Assembly (NCBI GenBank): GCA_023228385.1
Contig: JALOBF010000002.1
Location: forward strand, 1 to 45,187
DNA from: Bacilli bacterium
GTDB lineage: Bacteria; Bacillota_I; Bacilli_A; ML615J-28; CAG-698
Direction: 5' to 3'
DNA length: 45,187 nt
A model generated the notes under the pieces. That model did no database searches. It was not told the origin of the DNA and worked only from the letters and a program-made list of their open reading frames with translations. A program made the position numbers and the translations under genes. Positions 42,638 to 45,187 of the stretch are shown one piece after another (the first letter of the stretch is position 1; the number at the start of each line of letters is the position of its first letter).

Positions 42638-43493
42638 CTTTCATTTTAAGGACAGCTATTACCTCATCGACAATATCATTGGGCGTAGAGGCTCCGGCGG
42701 TAACGCCAACAGTTTTATAATCAGATAAATCGTAATAAGCAAGTTGAGACGCATCTTCGATTTGTATCGCATTAATCCCATTCTTTTCAGCAACTTCTTT
42801 TAATTTTTTAGTGTTATTGCTTAATGCATCGCCAACAACAATACATAAATCTATTGTTTCCCGATATAAAAGCACGGCTTCCTGCCGGCGTCTTGTTGCG
42901 CTACAGACTTCTTCACCCAATTCAAGTTTCGGAATTATTTGCTTTAATTTTTCATATATTTGATATACATCGAAATAAGACATTGTTGTTTGATTGGTAA
43001 GAAAAGCCTTGCCTTTGTTTTTCGGTATAAGCGTTAAATCTGTATTTTCGGTTATAAGGGTGATATCTGAAGATATACCCAATACACCTTCGGTTTCCGG
43101 GTGTTTTTCTTTACCATAATAATAAACAATATATCCGTTATCCAATTTATCTTTAATTAACTGATGGGTTCTGTCAACGTTGCGACAGGTTGCATCGATT
43201 ACAGTTAATCCTTTCTCTTTAGCTCGCGTTTTGATTTTATTGCATGCACCGTGCGCAGTAATAATAACTGTACCGGATTGAACCTGCTCTATCATTTCTT
43301 CCCGGGATTGTCCTTCGAGTACGATAATTCCTTTTTTGCGAAAAGAGTTGACGATGTTTTTGTTGTGAACAATATTGCCGAGCATATATATTGGCTTTTT
43401 TACATTTTTATCATTTAATGTTTTCTCAACAATGTTAATCGCATAAATAACGCCTTTACAAAAACCCTGCGGTTTAATTTTTATAATTTTCAT
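42621..43493 (-). CDS. ispH: 4-hydroxy-3-methylbut-2-enyl diphosphate reductase
   Basis: 290 aa. PQGFCKGV N-terminus, IspH/LytB three-Cys layout (C12, ~C93, ~C188). MEP pathway. Confidence 0.92.
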   Translation of the reverse strand: MKIIKIKPQGFCKGVIYAINIVEKTLNDKNVKKPIYMLGNIVHNKNIVNSFRKKGIIVLEGQSREEMIEQVQSGTVIITAHGACNKIKTRAKEKGLTVIDATCRNVDRTHQLIKDKLDNGYIVYYYGKEKHPETEGVLGISSDITLITENTDLTLIPKNKGKAFLTNQTTMSYFDVYQIYEKLKQIIPKLELGEEVCSATRRRQEAVLLYRETIDLCIVVGDALSNNTKKLKEVAEKNGINAIQIEDASQLAYYDLSDYKTVGVTAGASTPNDIVDEVIAVLKMKENTSN

Positions 43494-43545
43494 AGTATTT
43501 CACCCTGTTAATTATAACATATTATATAGCAGATTTAAAAAATAA

Positions 43546-43574
43546 TGACTTTTTAGTTTCAATTGTGATATAAT
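43546..43574 (+). promoter_or_regulatory. Sigma-A promoter (extended -10) of the epimerase-like gene
   Basis: TGACTT (43546-43551), 17 nt, TGaTATAAT (43566-43574). Confidence 0.4.
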
Positions 43575-43593
43575 AAAATGAAAGGAGATTGCT

Positions 43594-44469
43594 ATGTATT
43601 CTATAAAAAATGATTATTTATCAGCGGAAATAAAAGCAATCGGAGCTGAATTGATTTCACTTAAAAGTAAAAAAGGTGTTGAATATATCTGGGGAAGGGA
43701 TCTTCGTTATTGGAACGGTTCGGCTCCGATTTTATTTCCTATTGTCGGTAATTTGCGTGATAAAAAAGCAATAATAAACGGGAAGGTTTATTTAATGAAT
43801 ATTCACGGGTTTCTTCGTGATTTACATTTTGAGGTCCTGCATCAAAAAGAAGACGAAATCAGTTTTGTAAATACTTATAGTAAAGAAACACTTGCGATGT
43901 ATCCCTTTAAATATAAGGTTATTATAACTTATGCTTTAAAGCAAAACCTGCTCCGTACCAAATATTATATTATAAACGAATATGAAGAATTATTACCTTT
44001 TAATATCGGCGGCCACCCTGCTTTTAATTGTCCGATTTACCCGGGTGAGTCTTTTAATGATTATACAATTCATTTTGAAAGTGAAGAAACCTTTTCTTCG
44101 CCTCGCATTGAAAGAAACGGTACTCTTAACTTTGATATTGCAGCATGTTCATATCAAAATCTAAAAGAATTACAACTCGATTATAGTTTGTTTGACATTG
44201 ATACAATTATTATTCCCCGTGTCCGATCAAAAAAAATAGGGCTTTTAAATAAAAACAACAAAGGCATATATTTTTATTTTCCTCAATTTATTACCTTTGC
44301 TATATGGTCGCCTCCCGGAAAGAAAGCTCCCTTTGTCTGTTTAGAACCTTGGATTGGTCATGGGGATCGTTATAATACTGATTATGATTTTATGAAAAAA
44401 GATAATTTAATTAAACTGAAAACCCTTGAAGAATTTAGCGTTCATTATGATATTGAAATAAAAGAATAA
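43594..44469 (+). CDS. Aldose 1-epimerase family protein (LacX-like)
   Basis: 291 aa. WNGSAPILFPIVG, HGFLR, GGHPAFN motifs typical of the aldose-epimerase superfamily. Confidence 0.75.
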   Translation: MYSIKNDYLSAEIKAIGAELISLKSKKGVEYIWGRDLRYWNGSAPILFPIVGNLRDKKAIINGKVYLMNIHGFLRDLHFEVLHQKEDEISFVNTYSKETLAMYPFKYKVIITYALKQNLLRTKYYIINEYEELLPFNIGGHPAFNCPIYPGESFNDYTIHFESEETFSSPRIERNGTLNFDIAACSYQNLKELQLDYSLFDIDTIIIPRVRSKKIGLLNKNNKGIYFYFPQFITFAIWSPPGKKAPFVCLEPWIGHGDRYNTDYDFMKKDNLIKLKTLEEFSVHYDIEIKE

Positions 44470-44479
44470 GGAGGAAATT

Positions 44480-45037
44480 ATGGTTTCAAGTAATGATTTT
44501 AAAACAGGGATAACAATTGAATATAATGGCAATATTTATCAAGTGCTTGAATTTCAACATGTTAAACCGGGAAAGGGTCAAGCTTTCGTTCGTTCCAAAT
44601 TGAAAAATTTGCGAACCGGCGCCACCATCGATTATACTTTTAATGCTAACGAAAAAATGAATCGTGCCGTAATTGAAAAGAAGAAAATGCAATATTTATA
44701 TGATGACGGTCACAACTTGGCTTTTATGGATATGGAAACATATGTACAATTAGATATTCCCCGAGAAAGGCTGGAATTTGAAAAAAACTTTCTCTTAGAA
44801 GGAGAAATGGTAACCATTATTGAATATCAAAGTGAAATTTTGGGTGTACAATTGCCGGAAAAGGTTATACTTGAAGTCACTGAATGTGCCCCCGGCGTAA
44901 AAGGCAATACTGCCGCCAACGCTACTAAGGATGCAGTTGTTGAAACCGGATATCGGGTATTAGTCCCGCTTTTTGTTGAGGTTGGCGATAAAATTATCAT
45001 TAGTACCATCGACGGGAAATATAATTCCCGTGCTTGA
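44480..45037 (+). CDS. efp: Elongation factor P
   Basis: 185 aa. SNDFKTGITIEYNGNIYQVLEFQHVKPGKGQAFVRSKLKNLRTG is canonical EF-P. Confidence 0.97.
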   Translation: MVSSNDFKTGITIEYNGNIYQVLEFQHVKPGKGQAFVRSKLKNLRTGATIDYTFNANEKMNRAVIEKKKMQYLYDDGHNLAFMDMETYVQLDIPRERLEFEKNFLLEGEMVTIIEYQSEILGVQLPEKVILEVTECAPGVKGNTAANATKDAVVETGYRVLVPLFVEVGDKIIISTIDGKYNSRA

Positions 45038-45056
45038 TGAGGCAAGGAGACTAACG

Positions 45057-45187
45057 ATGATTTTAGGTATCGATATCGGTAACACCAATATTGTTATTGG
45101 CATATTTGATGAAAAGTCGCAAATGTTAGGAAATTTCCGAATTCAAACAAATCCATTACAAACCACAGATGAATTTGGCGTAAGGTT
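45057..45187 (+). CDS. coaX: Type III pantothenate kinase, 5' end (truncated by the window edge)
   Basis: AAGGAGA SD, ATG 45057. MILGIDIGNTNIVIGIFDEK...TDEFG matches the CoaX N-terminal phosphate-1 motif (DxGNT). Confidence 0.75.
   Translation, partial: MILGIDIGNTNIVIGIFDEKSQMLGNFRIQTNPLQTTDEFGVR

Noticed and set aside
1-45187. Whole-window search for CRISPR arrays, IS or transposon ends, integrases, phage genes, toxin-antitoxin pairs, and tRNA, rRNA or tmRNA genes
   Set aside because: I found no direct-repeat/spacer arrays, no transposase- or recombinase-like ORFs, no long terminal inverted repeats and no tRNA-like T-arm (GGTTCGAATCC-type) sequences. Gene content is contiguous core synteny.

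Overview
AT-rich (roughly one-third G+C by eye), densely packed core-chromosome segment of a low-GC Bacillota genome. About 50 protein genes are supported. I found no rRNA, tRNA, CRISPR array, transposase, integrase or recognisable defence island. Gene order follows three classic Bacillus subtilis neighbourhoods: (i) rimP-nusA-ylxR-ylxQ-infB-rbfA, (ii) rpsP-KH protein-rimM-trmD-rplS, (iii) trpS / oppABCDF / spx / yjbK-relQ-nadK. Also present are uvrC, RNase J, def, a P1B metal ATPase, pepS, murC, ccpA-like, tyrS, clpP, pheST (behind a clear Phe T-box), ispH, efp and the start of coaX. Small endospore (mother-cell) genes are scattered among these: gerE, a YjcZ-family micro-ORF missing from the ORF track, YlbD/YlbE-like genes, a CotD-like Cys-rich protein and a 97-aa orphan. 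The host is therefore very probably a spore former, perhaps Erysipelotrichia-like; that placement is only a guess. All family calls rest on by-eye motif recognition and synteny. No database search was run. I cannot honestly name a clear-cut novel system here. The best leads are: (1) an Opp transporter remodelled in three subunits (three Big_2 Ig-like domains fused to the lipoprotein OppA, a large extracytoplasmic insert in OppC, a charged coiled-coil insert in the OppF ATPase); (2) a sigma-K-type promoter nested in the loop of an 11-bp hairpin that would occlude the gerE ribosome-binding site only in read-through transcripts; (3) a 22-codon upstream ORF coupled by an ATGA overlap to an SD-less Zn/Cd-type ATPase lying inside the rpsP-trmD ribosomal operon; (4) atypical Cys-bearing tails on Spx and on the CotD-like protein.
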